Assembly: GCA_965602015.1 (NCBI GenBank)
Contig: OZ271918.1
Coordinates: forward strand, 896,001 to 960,000
DNA: 64,000 bases
From: Salinispira sp.
GTDB taxonomy: Bacteria; Spirochaetota; Spirochaetia; DSM-27196; Salinispiraceae
Direction of reading: 5' to 3'
This document shows positions 1-9,267 of this stretch, piece by piece. The first letter of the stretch is position 1, and each line of letters begins with the position of its first letter. The position numbers and the translations under genes were made by a program. The notes below the pieces were generated by a model. It was not told the origin of the DNA and did no database searches. It worked only from the letters and a program-made list of their open reading frames with translations.

Positions 1-658
1 GGTAAAAGATTATGAGGGTCAGGGGGATGAAAAATGTCAGCATGCGAAACAGGTTCTTGCCGTAGATTGACAGGGGATACTGGGCGGCCTGGACGGTGCC
101 GTAGGTGAAAATATTCATCACTTCCAGGGACTCAACCGACAGGAAGCTGATTGCTGCCTGAATGTGATATATGCCCATGTACAGGCACACGCCCCCGACA
201 AACGACAGGGTCATGACGCTTATCCATCTGATATCCATGGGTATGCCCATATCGAATATGGCCCACACGAGGACCATCAGCCCCTGCGCCATCCGCCCGA
301 TCCTCCTTAAGGTAAACTCGTAGCCGAGCACCTGCAGCCCGGCGGGCCGGGGACGAAGCAGGACCGCATCGAATCCGCCGCTTTTAACCAGCTCTCCGAA
401 AATATCAAAACCCCTTCCCAGGGCGTCGGATACCGCAAAGGTGAACTGCATAAAGCCGTAAAAGAAGGCGACCTGCGCCAATGACCATCCCCTGATGCTG
501 CCGAATCGGGAGAACAGGGCGAGCACCCCCAGGATTTCGATTCCCGTCACCAGGAAATGACCCAGGCTCTGTAACAAGAAGGCGGTCTTGTGAATCATCT
601 GGCTTTTGATTGAAGTCGACGCATAGCGGAAATACAAACGGATATGATTCATGGTCAT
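1..658 (-). CDS. ABC-2 family (DUF990-type) permease, partial (runs off window start)
   Basis: Manual translation MTMNHIRLYFRYASTSIKSQMIHKTAFLLQ...RFGSIRGWSLAQVAFFYG...GGFDAVLLRPRP; ATGA overlap with the stop of the upstream permease. Not in the ORF track because it is truncated. Confidence 0.85.
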   Translation of the reverse strand, partial: MTMNHIRLYFRYASTSIKSQMIHKTAFLLQSLGHFLVTGIEILGVLALFSRFGSIRGWSLAQVAFFYGFMQFTFAVSDALGRGFDIFGELVKSGGFDAVLLRPRPAGLQVLGYEFTLRRIGRMAQGLMVLVWAIFDMGIPMDIRWISVMTLSFVGGVCLYMGIYHIQAAISFLSVESLEVMNIFTYGTVQAAQYPLSIYGKNLFRMLTFFIPLTLIIFY

Positions 659-1521
659 CCCCCCTGAACGACGAGCTTCGCGGTGCCCCTGGACATCATG
701 AATCGCCCCGCAGCCATAAAAAGTACGATCCATACAAGCTGAATCGTCAGGGCCAGGGCCGTTTCCGGACCGCTAATATCGCCGGAGTAAATCCGGTTCG
801 GCACATCCACCATTCCGCTGAACGGAAGCAGCCTGAGAAGGGTCTGGAGCACGTCGGGAAACAGCGGCAGGGGGATGATCATGCCGGAAAAAATCGTAAC
901 CACGGGCATTATAAAAAACCGTATGCCGTCGGCGGATATTGTCCACAGCATGGTGGCATGGGCAGATGTCAGAAAGGAAACTCCGAGCACCAAGGCCAGT
1001 ATGAGGCTCATGAGCCAGGAAGAGAGGACCATAAAATCCCGGGGCCAGATCAGCGCCAAGCGGGAGAGGGGAGTGAGGGGGAGAATAACGGTCACAAAAA
1101 ATAACAGGGGCAGCGCCCTCAGAAGTACCCGGCCCAGCTTGTCCCCCAGGGTGCTAACGAACCATTGGGAGTACAGCCCCAGGGGTTTCACCAGGGAATA
1201 CCCGATGTTGCCGCTTCGAATTTCCGACGCAAGATGCAGGTCGATATTCCAGGGCAGCATTCCCAAAAACGCCTGACCAAGCCAGATATAGGTCACAACC
1301 TGGGGGAAATCCATGGGAGCCGAAGCCGTTGAGGAAGCGTAAAATGCCTCCAGTATAAAAATCATGATGAAACCCCAGAATGTCTGGGTGGCGATTCCCG
1401 CCAATGCCGCCGCCCGGTATTGCAAGCTGACTTTAAGGCGGATTACGAAGAGGGAGCGCAGGGAGCGCATCCGCGATGGCAGCCCGGCGAAGAATCCAGG
1501 GGTCAAAAATCGTTTATGCAT
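655..1521 (-). CDS. ABC-2 family permease
   Basis: Hydrophobic 288 aa ORF with LQYR..., YIWLGQAF, IRSGNIGYSLVKP and FSGMIIPLPLFP, typical of the paired permeases; start may be slightly downstream. Confidence 0.85.
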   Translation of the reverse strand: MHKRFLTPGFFAGLPSRMRSLRSLFVIRLKVSLQYRAAALAGIATQTFWGFIMIFILEAFYASSTASAPMDFPQVVTYIWLGQAFLGMLPWNIDLHLASEIRSGNIGYSLVKPLGLYSQWFVSTLGDKLGRVLLRALPLLFFVTVILPLTPLSRLALIWPRDFMVLSSWLMSLILALVLGVSFLTSAHATMLWTISADGIRFFIMPVVTIFSGMIIPLPLFPDVLQTLLRLLPFSGMVDVPNRIYSGDISGPETALALTIQLVWIVLFMAAGRFMMSRGTAKLVVQGG

Positions 1522-2536
1522 CTCCGGCGCTCCCGGTCCGGTTCGACCTCGAACCCATCCGCTTGTACAAATCGGCGATCAGTTCTTCCACTGGCGGATT
1601 CTCCACGGTGAGATCCCTGATTCCGTGGCCCGCCGTCAGTTCGGTGATGACCGGACCGGCGGCGGCGCCGGAACTAATGCGGAACACCCCCCGTTTTTTG
1701 TTGAGGGAGATCAGCCCGGCTTGGGCCGGGAGGCGCAAGTCCGATTCCGCCGGAGCGATGTGAAAATCAACCGTGAGGATTTTTGAATCGCCTTCCCGAC
1801 GCCTCAGCTCGCTCAGGCTCCCGTTGTAGAGAATTTCGCCGTTCCCGATGACGATGACCCTCGAGCAGAGGGCCTCGATATCGTCCATGTCGTGGGTAGT
1901 GAGGATCATGGTGGTGTTCCGGTCCCGGTTAATCCGCCGGATGATATCCCTCACCGCCAGCTTCGCGATGGCGTCCAGGCCGATGGTCGGTTCGTCGAGG
2001 AAGAGGATGTCCGGAGAGTGCAGCAAGGCGGCGGCGATATCGCAGCGCATCCGCTGGCCGAGGCTGAGCTGCCGGACGGGAATGGGAAGCAGGGGCGCAA
2101 GGTCGAGCATGTCGACCAGTTCCTCAAGGGCTAATTGGTAGTCCTCTTCGCCGATGTCGTATATGTCTTTCAGGAGGAGAAATGACTCTTCAACCGGCAG
2201 GTCCCACCACAGTTGTGTCCGTTGTCCGAAGACCACGCCTATGCGCCTGACGTGCTCGATGCGGTTTTTCCAGGGGATGCGCCCGCCGACGGTGCAGCCT
2301 CCGCTGTCCGGAAGAAGTATCCCCGCCATTATTTTGACGGTGGTGCTCTTCCCCGCGCCGTTGGGCCCGATGTATCCCACCAGCTCCCCCTCGTCCAGGG
2401 CGAAGCTCACTCCATTGAGGGCGTGAACCCGGCGGCGGGCTCTGGTAAAAAGGCCGGCAAGGGCGCCTTTGAATCCCGGGCTTCGCTGGGAGACTGGGAA
2501 GGACTTACGCAAGTTCGTAACTTCGATATACGACAT
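1514..2536 (-). CDS. ABC exporter ATP-binding subunit
   Basis: Walker [10 protein letters not shown], signature LSLGQRMR, Walker B ILFLDEPT, GVVFGQRTQLWWDLP. Confidence 0.93.
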   Translation of the reverse strand: MSYIEVTNLRKSFPVSQRSPGFKGALAGLFTRARRRVHALNGVSFALDEGELVGYIGPNGAGKSTTVKIMAGILLPDSGGCTVGGRIPWKNRIEHVRRIGVVFGQRTQLWWDLPVEESFLLLKDIYDIGEEDYQLALEELVDMLDLAPLLPIPVRQLSLGQRMRCDIAAALLHSPDILFLDEPTIGLDAIAKLAVRDIIRRINRDRNTTMILTTHDMDDIEALCSRVIVIGNGEILYNGSLSELRRREGDSKILTVDFHIAPAESDLRLPAQAGLISLNKKRGVFRISSGAAAGPVITELTAGHGIRDLTVENPPVEELIADLYKRMGSRSNRTGSAGDA

Positions 2537-2785
2537 GGCAGTTTCCTGTAGGTTCTGACTATCCGGTTGATACCGGCGTGATTATGAAAAGAGGATAAAA
2601 CTATCACGGATTACTTTTTTTAAGCAATTCTCTTAGCACTGCGATGGCGAGGTTTTGTCCGTTATGTGACAAATTTCTATTTGCGCGGAAGGTTCAGTTC
2701 GCTAATTCTGCAGGATCCGGTTCCAACTTACCTTCACTAAGAATGGTGAGAATGGTCATCCGCCGTAAGCCGACGACATTATTTG

Positions 2786-3640
2786 CTACTCGGCTATTCT
2801 TATGCTTCTAATGCTCTTTCCCCTAACCTCGGATACATATAGGGTGAGGCCGTCCGAGGTAACCGCAATGCCGTTCGGAGCATTAAACGATGCGGAATCA
2901 CCGTCGCCGTCAATCCGACTCGGAGTTCCGTTGCCTGCCAGAGTCGCAACGTTACCGTCCATATCTACGGAATAAACCCGATTAGAGGCAATTCCCGTGG
3001 CGTATACATTTTCACCGGCTAAGGCAAGATACCCGATTCCTCCTCTGATCTGCGCCAAAGCCGACTCTTCATAATCGGGGGTAAAACGGATTATTCGCCC
3101 GTCATTGTAGTTCGAAATATAAATATCGCCGTTCTCATCTATTGCAATTCCCGACGGGCCATTGAGTAACTGGCTCGCAACGCTGATTGAATCACCGTCA
3201 GTATCGATACGGCGAAACTCATTGCGCACATAGTCGGTTACATATATGGCGCCGTGATTATCCACGGCAATTCCGACTGCTCGTGAAAAGTCTCCGGCGA
3301 TCTGCTCTAAATTCCCTTCAACTAAACGCAATACTTCTGTTTCCACAGCAATAAGCAGCTCTCCGTCGGCTGTCATTGCCAGACCAAGGGGATTATCTAA
3401 TCCGGAAGCCACGATACTGTTAGACCCATCGGCGTCAATCCGCCAAACAATGTTCCCGTCGCTGAAGTTTGAACGATTACCCAAATCAGAAACATATAAC
3501 TCACCGGCTTTACCGACCGCTATCCCGTCGAGTTGGGAAAGGTCATCTACCAGAGTAACGACCTGCTGTTCCAGCGACGAACATCCAAAAATCAAAGTGC
3601 TGCTGAATAACAGTATTAATAGTATTTTCACCTTTTCCAT
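2786..3640 (-). CDS. NHL/SMP-30-like beta-propeller lipoprotein
   Basis: Lipobox LIFGC after a hydrophobic signal; repeated P-x-G-I/L-A-V/I-D-x-x-G-x-I/L-Y-V/I blades; C-terminal TLAGNG...DG...ASFNAPNGIAV. Confidence 0.75.
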   Translation of the reverse strand: MEKVKILLILLFSSTLIFGCSSLEQQVVTLVDDLSQLDGIAVGKAGELYVSDLGNRSNFSDGNIVWRIDADGSNSIVASGLDNPLGLAMTADGELLIAVETEVLRLVEGNLEQIAGDFSRAVGIAVDNHGAIYVTDYVRNEFRRIDTDGDSISVASQLLNGPSGIAIDENGDIYISNYNDGRIIRFTPDYEESALAQIRGGIGYLALAGENVYATGIASNRVYSVDMDGNVATLAGNGTPSRIDGDGDSASFNAPNGIAVTSDGLTLYVSEVRGKSIRSIRIAE

Positions 3641-3739
3641 CCCTGCATTTCGATAAGATTGCTATAAACCTGATAAAAACACTGTATAATTTTCACCGGC
3701 CACATACAAGGGGACGCTCTGTGATTTTCCGCTTCCGGC

Positions 3740-5224
3740 TCAATATAGACCCCGGATGCTTCCCACAACGTAAATCACTATCGCCACGATTCCCGATGCC
3801 AGCACCGTAAGAATGCTCCCGGTCCAGGCCATGTCCTTTATGCTGAAATAGCCTGCCGAATAGGGGATGACATTGGTGGGACTGGAGGTTACCAAAATAA
3901 AAGCCATGGAGGTTGTCAGCGCCGCAGGTATGGCAATGGTCAGCGGATCGATGCCGATGCTCCCCGCCAGGGCGATCATGATGGGGATGACGATGGTGGC
4001 CGTGACGGTGTTGGATGAGAACGCAATCTTGAGAAAGCTGACCATGAGAACGACGATGAACACCAACACCAGGGGGTGAAGCCCGCCGATGCCCCCCAAA
4101 AGCGCCACCGCCAGCCAGTTGGCTGCTCCGGTCTGGTATAACATCATTCCCAGGGAAATTCCTGTGACAACCAGGAGGATTCCGCTCCAGCTGATGTCCT
4201 TCTCTATGGTTTTCCAGGGCAGGGATTTGATCCCCGGGAAGAAAAAGAGGCTGGAAGTCAGCAGGATGGGGAAGGAAATGGGGATATCCATTCCCAGCAG
4301 CCCTTCAAGCAGGGGGCTGGTTACCCACAGTAGTACGGTGAGAACGAAGAGAATCATGGTTATTTTTTCCGTGCGGTTCATCGGCGGAAGCTCGTGATAA
4401 TCCTGTGCCATTTCTTCCTTCGTTTTTTTTAGATGCTTCATTTCCGGCGGGAAAAACAGGAGTAGGGCAAGCCAGACCGGCACAATCAACAGGAGCGCCG
4501 ACGGAACGCCGTAAGCCATCCAGTCGGTAAAGCTGACGTCGATACCTGCCATTTCCTTGAGGAACCCGATGGCCAGGGGATTCGGTCCGGCTCCCGAAGG
4601 TGTGGCGATGCCCCCGACGATGGATCCCCAGCAAATGGAAATCATCAATGCCTTGCCGAAATTGGATTTGAGGGGCTCAACCCCTTCCTCTTCGAGAATG
4701 GCAACTCCGATGGGCATCAGCATGGCCGCAACCGCCATGTTGGTGAGCCACATGGAAAGGACGGTGCCGGTGAGAATGAACCCCAGAATGATTTTGCGGG
4801 TCGAGTTCCCGGTTTTCGACAGTAGAAACACGGAAATGCGCCGGCCCAGTCCGCTGTGAGTGATAAATGCCGAGAGGATGAGAACGCCGAGGAAGAACAC
4901 AAAGATGTGGTTCCCGAATCCCAGGGAGACAATGCTCTTGAAGCTGTCCACCCGGAACACGCTTAACAGGAAAATACTCATCAGGCCGGTTATGTGGAAG
5001 GGGACGGCTTCGGTCATCCAGAGGATCAGGGCAAACAGCAGTACACCTAAAGCCGCCTGGGCCGGCGGGGAGAGGCTGACTCCCCGCACGGTCGTTACCT
5101 CCACCGGCAGGGGGAGGAAGTAGCTGACCAGCGCCAGGGCCAGGGCGGACAACAGAATTACCCCAGCCCGGATTTCTCCAAAATGTGTACGGTGTTTCAC
5201 CGGCGCGTTTGCCTTAGCGTCCAT
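3740..5224 (-). CDS. DASS/SLC13-family anion transporter (candidate sulfoacetate exporter)
   Basis: LWMTEAVP, LSMWLTNMA, GGIATPSGAGPN, SSNTVTA and VTSSPTNVI motifs; last gene of the transketolase operon, overlapping the ligase gene. Confidence 0.85.
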   Translation of the reverse strand: MDAKANAPVKHRTHFGEIRAGVILLSALALALVSYFLPLPVEVTTVRGVSLSPPAQAALGVLLFALILWMTEAVPFHITGLMSIFLLSVFRVDSFKSIVSLGFGNHIFVFFLGVLILSAFITHSGLGRRISVFLLSKTGNSTRKIILGFILTGTVLSMWLTNMAVAAMLMPIGVAILEEEGVEPLKSNFGKALMISICWGSIVGGIATPSGAGPNPLAIGFLKEMAGIDVSFTDWMAYGVPSALLLIVPVWLALLLFFPPEMKHLKKTKEEMAQDYHELPPMNRTEKITMILFVLTVLLWVTSPLLEGLLGMDIPISFPILLTSSLFFFPGIKSLPWKTIEKDISWSGILLVVTGISLGMMLYQTGAANWLAVALLGGIGGLHPLVLVFIVVLMVSFLKIAFSSNTVTATIVIPIMIALAGSIGIDPLTIAIPAALTTSMAFILVTSSPTNVIPYSAGYFSIKDMAWTGSILTVLASGIVAIVIYVVGSIRGLY

Positions 5225-6116
5225 CCACTTCTCCCGGACCTAAAAGTTCGCGAAGCAGCGTTCCGGTTTCAGCCGGTCGCTTTGCCACCGGGACGCCGGC
5301 GGCTTCCAGGATTCTCGTTTTTTCCGCAACCGAGCCGCGGCCGCCGCTGACGATTGCCCCGGCATGGCCCATGCGTTTGCCCTCCGGGGCATTGCGGCCC
5401 CCCAGGAAGGCGGTCATGGGCTTGGTAAATCGCCCCTGGCGAACCATTTCGGCGCATTCTTCTTCCATGCTTCCCCCCAGTTCCCCGATTATCAGGACGC
5501 CGTCGGTCGCATCGTCGGCCTCGTACAATGACAGCATCTCTGCGAAGCGGGTGCCCGGCACCGGATCGCCGCCCACGCCGATGAGGGTGGATACCCCGAA
5601 ACCCTCGCGGACGATCATCGACGTCACTTCGTTGGTGAGGGAGCCTGAACGGGTCATTACGCCGATTCGCCCGGGTTTGTAGACCCGCTCGATCCAGTAC
5701 GGCAGGGCCCCCATCATGGCCTGGCCGGGGGAAATCACCCCGGAAGTGTTGCCGCCGATGACGGTGGCGCTCCGGCACAGGGCCGCAGAACGGATTTTCA
5801 TGGCGTCGTGTAGGGGAATGCCGTCGGCAATGGTGACGATTTTTCGTATTCCCGCGTCCAGGGCTTCGAACACCGCGTCCATGGTGAATCGGGGCGGGAC
5901 GAAGAGCATTGCGGCATCCGCCGGCTGGACTTCAATGGCTTCGGCCATGCTGTCGAACACCGGCACGCCGACGGCTTTCTGACCGCCTTTGCCCGGGGTT
6001 ACCCCGGCGACGACCCGGGTTCCCATGTCGCGCATATGGGCGGTCCAGAATCCGCCCTCCTTGCCGGTGATGCCCGAAACGATGACCCGGGTTTCGGAAT
6101 TGATAAATATGCTCAT
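5214..6116 (-). CDS. SucD-like ADP-forming acyl-CoA ligase alpha subunit (probable sulfoacetate-CoA ligase, SqwKL/SauCD type)
   Basis: GITGKEG, AGVTPGKGG, RSGSLT, GGDPVPG and phospho-His motif MGHAGA. Substrate inferred from gene context. Confidence 0.85.
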   Translation of the reverse strand: MSIFINSETRVIVSGITGKEGGFWTAHMRDMGTRVVAGVTPGKGGQKAVGVPVFDSMAEAIEVQPADAAMLFVPPRFTMDAVFEALDAGIRKIVTIADGIPLHDAMKIRSAALCRSATVIGGNTSGVISPGQAMMGALPYWIERVYKPGRIGVMTRSGSLTNEVTSMIVREGFGVSTLIGVGGDPVPGTRFAEMLSLYEADDATDGVLIIGELGGSMEEECAEMVRQGRFTKPMTAFLGGRNAPEGKRMGHAGAIVSGGRGSVAEKTRILEAAGVPVAKRPAETGTLLRELLGPGEVDGR

Positions 6117-7279
6117 GATGAAGCTCCCGAAGCCCCGGCGGCTAGGTGCACCGCCCGGCGCACCGCGGTTTCCGTATCGAATATCGCTTCAAGGCCCGCA
6201 TCCTCGAGGATCTTTACTGCTGCTTCCTCGTTCGTTCCCCGAATGCAGGTAATGATGGGCCGGTCCGGGCGCAATTCCCGAATCGCCGAGACAATGCCCT
6301 CGGCCATGACATCGGCCCGGGCGATGGTGCCGAAGGTAACCATGAGAATCACCGAGCTCTCGTTTTTTAAGCACAGTTCCATGGCCCGCCGGGCCTTTAA
6401 ATAATTCGGACCGCCGAACTCAAGATAATTGGCAACGCTGCCTCCGGCATCAATAACCAGATCGTATACCGTGGTGGTGAGCCCCGCGCCGGCGCACATC
6501 AGGCTTATGTCGCCGTCAAATTGCAGGTAGGGTATTCCCTCCTGGGCGGCTTCATAGGCTGCGTCGGATTCGTAGTATTCCCGGCCGGCATGATACTCCC
6601 GGTGGCGCGAGAGGGAATTATCGTCAATGGAGATTTTCCCGTCACCGGCTATCAACAATCCGTCGCGGGTAAGAAAAAGCGGGTTTATTTCCGCCAGTTC
6701 GCAGTCCATCCGGGTAAACAGCTTCCAGAGGTTGTGCATCAGCTCGGCGAAGTCCGATGCCGCTCGGCCTGTCAAGGCGAGGCCTTTTACCAGTCGCCGA
6801 ATCTGAAACGGCATGACGCCGCTCTGAAGATCTACCGGGATGCGCATAATGGCCTCGGGACGATCGACGGCCAATTGCTCGATTTCCACGCCGCCTTCCC
6901 CGCTTGCCAGAATAAGGGCGTTGCCGCCCGGCGGATCGACGGTAATCGACAGGTATAGTTCCCGCTCAATATCTACCGCCGCTTCGACCAATACCGAGGG
7001 AACCTGGATATCATGGTCAAACAGCCGTCGTAATTCGGGCAGGAGGTCCTCGTCTTTCTTGATGAAGGGGATGAGCCCGGCCTTGCCCCGGCCCCCAATG
7101 AGGACCTGACTCTTGAGAACCAGCGGAAGCCCCAGCACATCCCAGGCATCCTTAAGTTGGCGTTCCCCGTCGGCAGACTCAGAAGCTTGTTTTGCCGGGC
7201 GGAGTATCCGCACAGAGGGCGGCACCGCTATGCCGAAGTCCGTAAAGGCATCTTTCGCCTGATATTCGAATAACTTCAT
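6113..7279 (-). CDS. SucC-like ADP-forming acyl-CoA ligase beta subunit (probable sulfoacetate-CoA ligase)
   Basis: MKLFEYQAK start (ATG at 7279), KSQVLIGGRGKAG, EGGVEIE, AEINPL. CAGAGLTTTVYD, NYLEFGG and TFGTIARAD diverge from the succinate-type NGAGLAMATMD, NFLDVGG and IFGGIVRCD. Confidence 0.85.
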   Translation of the reverse strand: MKLFEYQAKDAFTDFGIAVPPSVRILRPAKQASESADGERQLKDAWDVLGLPLVLKSQVLIGGRGKAGLIPFIKKDEDLLPELRRLFDHDIQVPSVLVEAAVDIERELYLSITVDPPGGNALILASGEGGVEIEQLAVDRPEAIMRIPVDLQSGVMPFQIRRLVKGLALTGRAASDFAELMHNLWKLFTRMDCELAEINPLFLTRDGLLIAGDGKISIDDNSLSRHREYHAGREYYESDAAYEAAQEGIPYLQFDGDISLMCAGAGLTTTVYDLVIDAGGSVANYLEFGGPNYLKARRAMELCLKNESSVILMVTFGTIARADVMAEGIVSAIRELRPDRPIITCIRGTNEEAAVKILEDAGLEAIFDTETAVRRAVHLAAGASGASS

Positions 7280-7283
7280 TTTT

Positions 7284-8708
7284 CTATGTTCCCGCCTTTC
7301 CCTCGGCCAGCCAGGTTCCGAAAATCTCATCGTCGCCGGGTTTTGCGGTGGGCAGTAGATCGGAGACCCAGGTTACATTCAGAAAGTGCTTGTAGTAGAT
7401 ATTCTCGGTGGTAATGTTGCCCCCCCAGGTACCGCATCCCAGGGTAACGGTTGAGGGCATGCCGTTCCAGAAGTTCCCGCCATTACCCGGTGCCTGGGGC
7501 TGGTTGACCAGAATGCGGCTGGTGCGCTGATGCAGTCCCAGCTCTTCGACGTACGAGCGGGTATTGGTATGAATGCCGCATGAGTGGCCGGTTCCGGCGT
7601 TGTCGGTGAGCCGGGTAAGAATTTCGACGGCTTCGGGGAAGCTCCGGTATTTCCAAACCGTGAGCACCGGCGAGAGTTTTTCCCCGGCGAAGCGGTCGTC
7701 TTCAAGGGGCATCTCGCCTTCGACGACGATCATCCGTTTTCCCGACGGAATGCCGATGCCCGCGCCTTCGGCAATGGCCGCAGCGCTCCGGGCGATGATG
7801 GCCGGATTCAGGGCGCGGTATCCCGCCTTGTTCTCAACCCACATCCAGTCTTCCAGCTTGTTCCGGTCGGATCCCCGGGCGAACCATCCGCCCTCGCTCT
7901 CAAGGCAGGAGCAAAACGTTTCATATATCGACTCGTGGATAATAACCGAGTTTTCGCTGGAGCAGCTGGTTGCGTAATCGAAGCATTTGCTCACCGTTAT
8001 TTTCGCCGCAGCATCGGCGATGTCGGCGTCCTCGGCCACGATCTGCACCGCGTTGCCCGGGCCCACTCCGTAGGACGGGGTTCCGCTTGAATATGCGGCC
8101 TTCACCATGGCGCCGCCTCCGGTTGCCAGCACCAGATCCACCTGTTTCATCAGTTCATTGGTCGCGGGAATCGAGGGCTCGCGAATGATCTGGATCAAAT
8201 CCTCCGGAGCGCCAGCCTGACGCAGGCCATCGCGCATCATGTCCACCGCCAGAGCCGAACTGTTTTTCGATCTGGGGTGGGGGGCGAAGATTACCGCATT
8301 TCGGCCTTTAAGGATGGAAAGGGCATTGCTTCCCGGGGTGGCGGTTGGATTAGTAACCGGGGTAAGAGCGCCCACGACGCCAACGGGTTTGGCGTATTTG
8401 CTGATGCCCCTGGACTCGTCCCGTTCGATGAGGCCTACGGATTTGGCATCCTTTATATCCCTGAGCAGGCCAAGGATTTTTCCCTTGTGTTTTTTTATCT
8501 TGTCCTCGACATTGCCCATCCCCGTTTCCTGGACGGCGTCTGCCGCCAGCCGGGCGATGTTTCCATCGTTGTAGACCTGCCAACCGACGGCCACGCAGAC
8601 CCGGTCGATTTCTTCCTGGGTGTATGAGCTCACCGCCTCTTGGGCTCTGCGGGCTTTACCGACTAATTCGCTGATCATATCGCTGATGTGTGCATCGTGA
8701 TTGTTCAT
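7284..8708 (-). CDS. sauS: CoA-acylating aldehyde dehydrogenase, sulfoacetaldehyde dehydrogenase (SauS/SqwD)-like
   Basis: ATG at 8708 preceded by an AAGGAG RBS; PVTNPTAT, ATGGGAMVKAAYSSG, FDYATSCSSENS (catalytic Cys), EKLSPVL, TLGCGTWGGN. Confidence 0.8.
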   Translation of the reverse strand: MNNHDAHISDMISELVGKARRAQEAVSSYTQEEIDRVCVAVGWQVYNDGNIARLAADAVQETGMGNVEDKIKKHKGKILGLLRDIKDAKSVGLIERDESRGISKYAKPVGVVGALTPVTNPTATPGSNALSILKGRNAVIFAPHPRSKNSSALAVDMMRDGLRQAGAPEDLIQIIREPSIPATNELMKQVDLVLATGGGAMVKAAYSSGTPSYGVGPGNAVQIVAEDADIADAAAKITVSKCFDYATSCSSENSVIIHESIYETFCSCLESEGGWFARGSDRNKLEDWMWVENKAGYRALNPAIIARSAAAIAEGAGIGIPSGKRMIVVEGEMPLEDDRFAGEKLSPVLTVWKYRSFPEAVEILTRLTDNAGTGHSCGIHTNTRSYVEELGLHQRTSRILVNQPQAPGNGGNFWNGMPSTVTLGCGTWGGNITTENIYYKHFLNVTWVSDLLPTAKPGDDEIFGTWLAEGKAGT

Positions 8709-8736
8709 GGGGGCTCCTTGTATTTCGGTTGGAAGC

Positions 8737-9221
8737 TTACTTGAAGTTCTCCGCCTCAATGGACTGCACAAGCTCGAAATTTTTCTGGAGGAAATCCCTC
8801 TTGAATTCCATCTTCTGGGCGAATGCCATGGCGAGCCATGCCTGGGCAATCTGGACTCCCAGGAAGGGCGCGGTTATCCAGCCGCCCATGGTTATGACAT
8901 TCGCATTGTTGATGATTTTTGCCCGCTCGCCGCTGAAAATTGAGTCAGCCACGCAGGCATACACGCCCCGGTGCTTATTGGCGACGATGGCCATGCCCTG
9001 CCCGGTCCCGCACACCAGAATCCCCTTGTCCGCCGTGCCGCTTTGCACGGCTTTTGCGACCTTCGGGGCCTGGGCGGTGTACGGCTCGGGTTTATCCGGG
9101 TCGCTGATGCCGAAATCGATGACGGTGACATCGTCCCGTTCGGCCAGAAACTCGCCGATTGCCTTTTTAGGGGGAATCCCGAAAGGTCCGATGCGATGGC
9201 TATGGTGATGTTTTCTGCCAT
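8737..9221 (-). pseudogene. RpiB/LacAB-family isomerase (SqwI-like sulfoerythrose isomerase) with a single-base frameshift, possibly a sequencing error
   Basis: N-terminus MAENITIAIASDLSGFPLK and C-terminus GILVCGTGQGMAIVANK...NNANVITMG lie in different frames. Adding one A in the A5 run (plus-strand T run 9164-9168) restores LKKAIGEFLAERDDVTVIDFG. Confidence 0.85.
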
Positions 9222-9267
9222 GTAGTTCTCCTGTTATGGCGGGGCATGAGTAGCCCCGGTTGCTTAT

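Noticed and set aside
5214..7279. TCA-cycle succinyl-CoA synthetase sucCD
   Set aside because: Beta-subunit substrate motifs are altered and the context is SauS, transketolase and SQase genes with no TCA genes.
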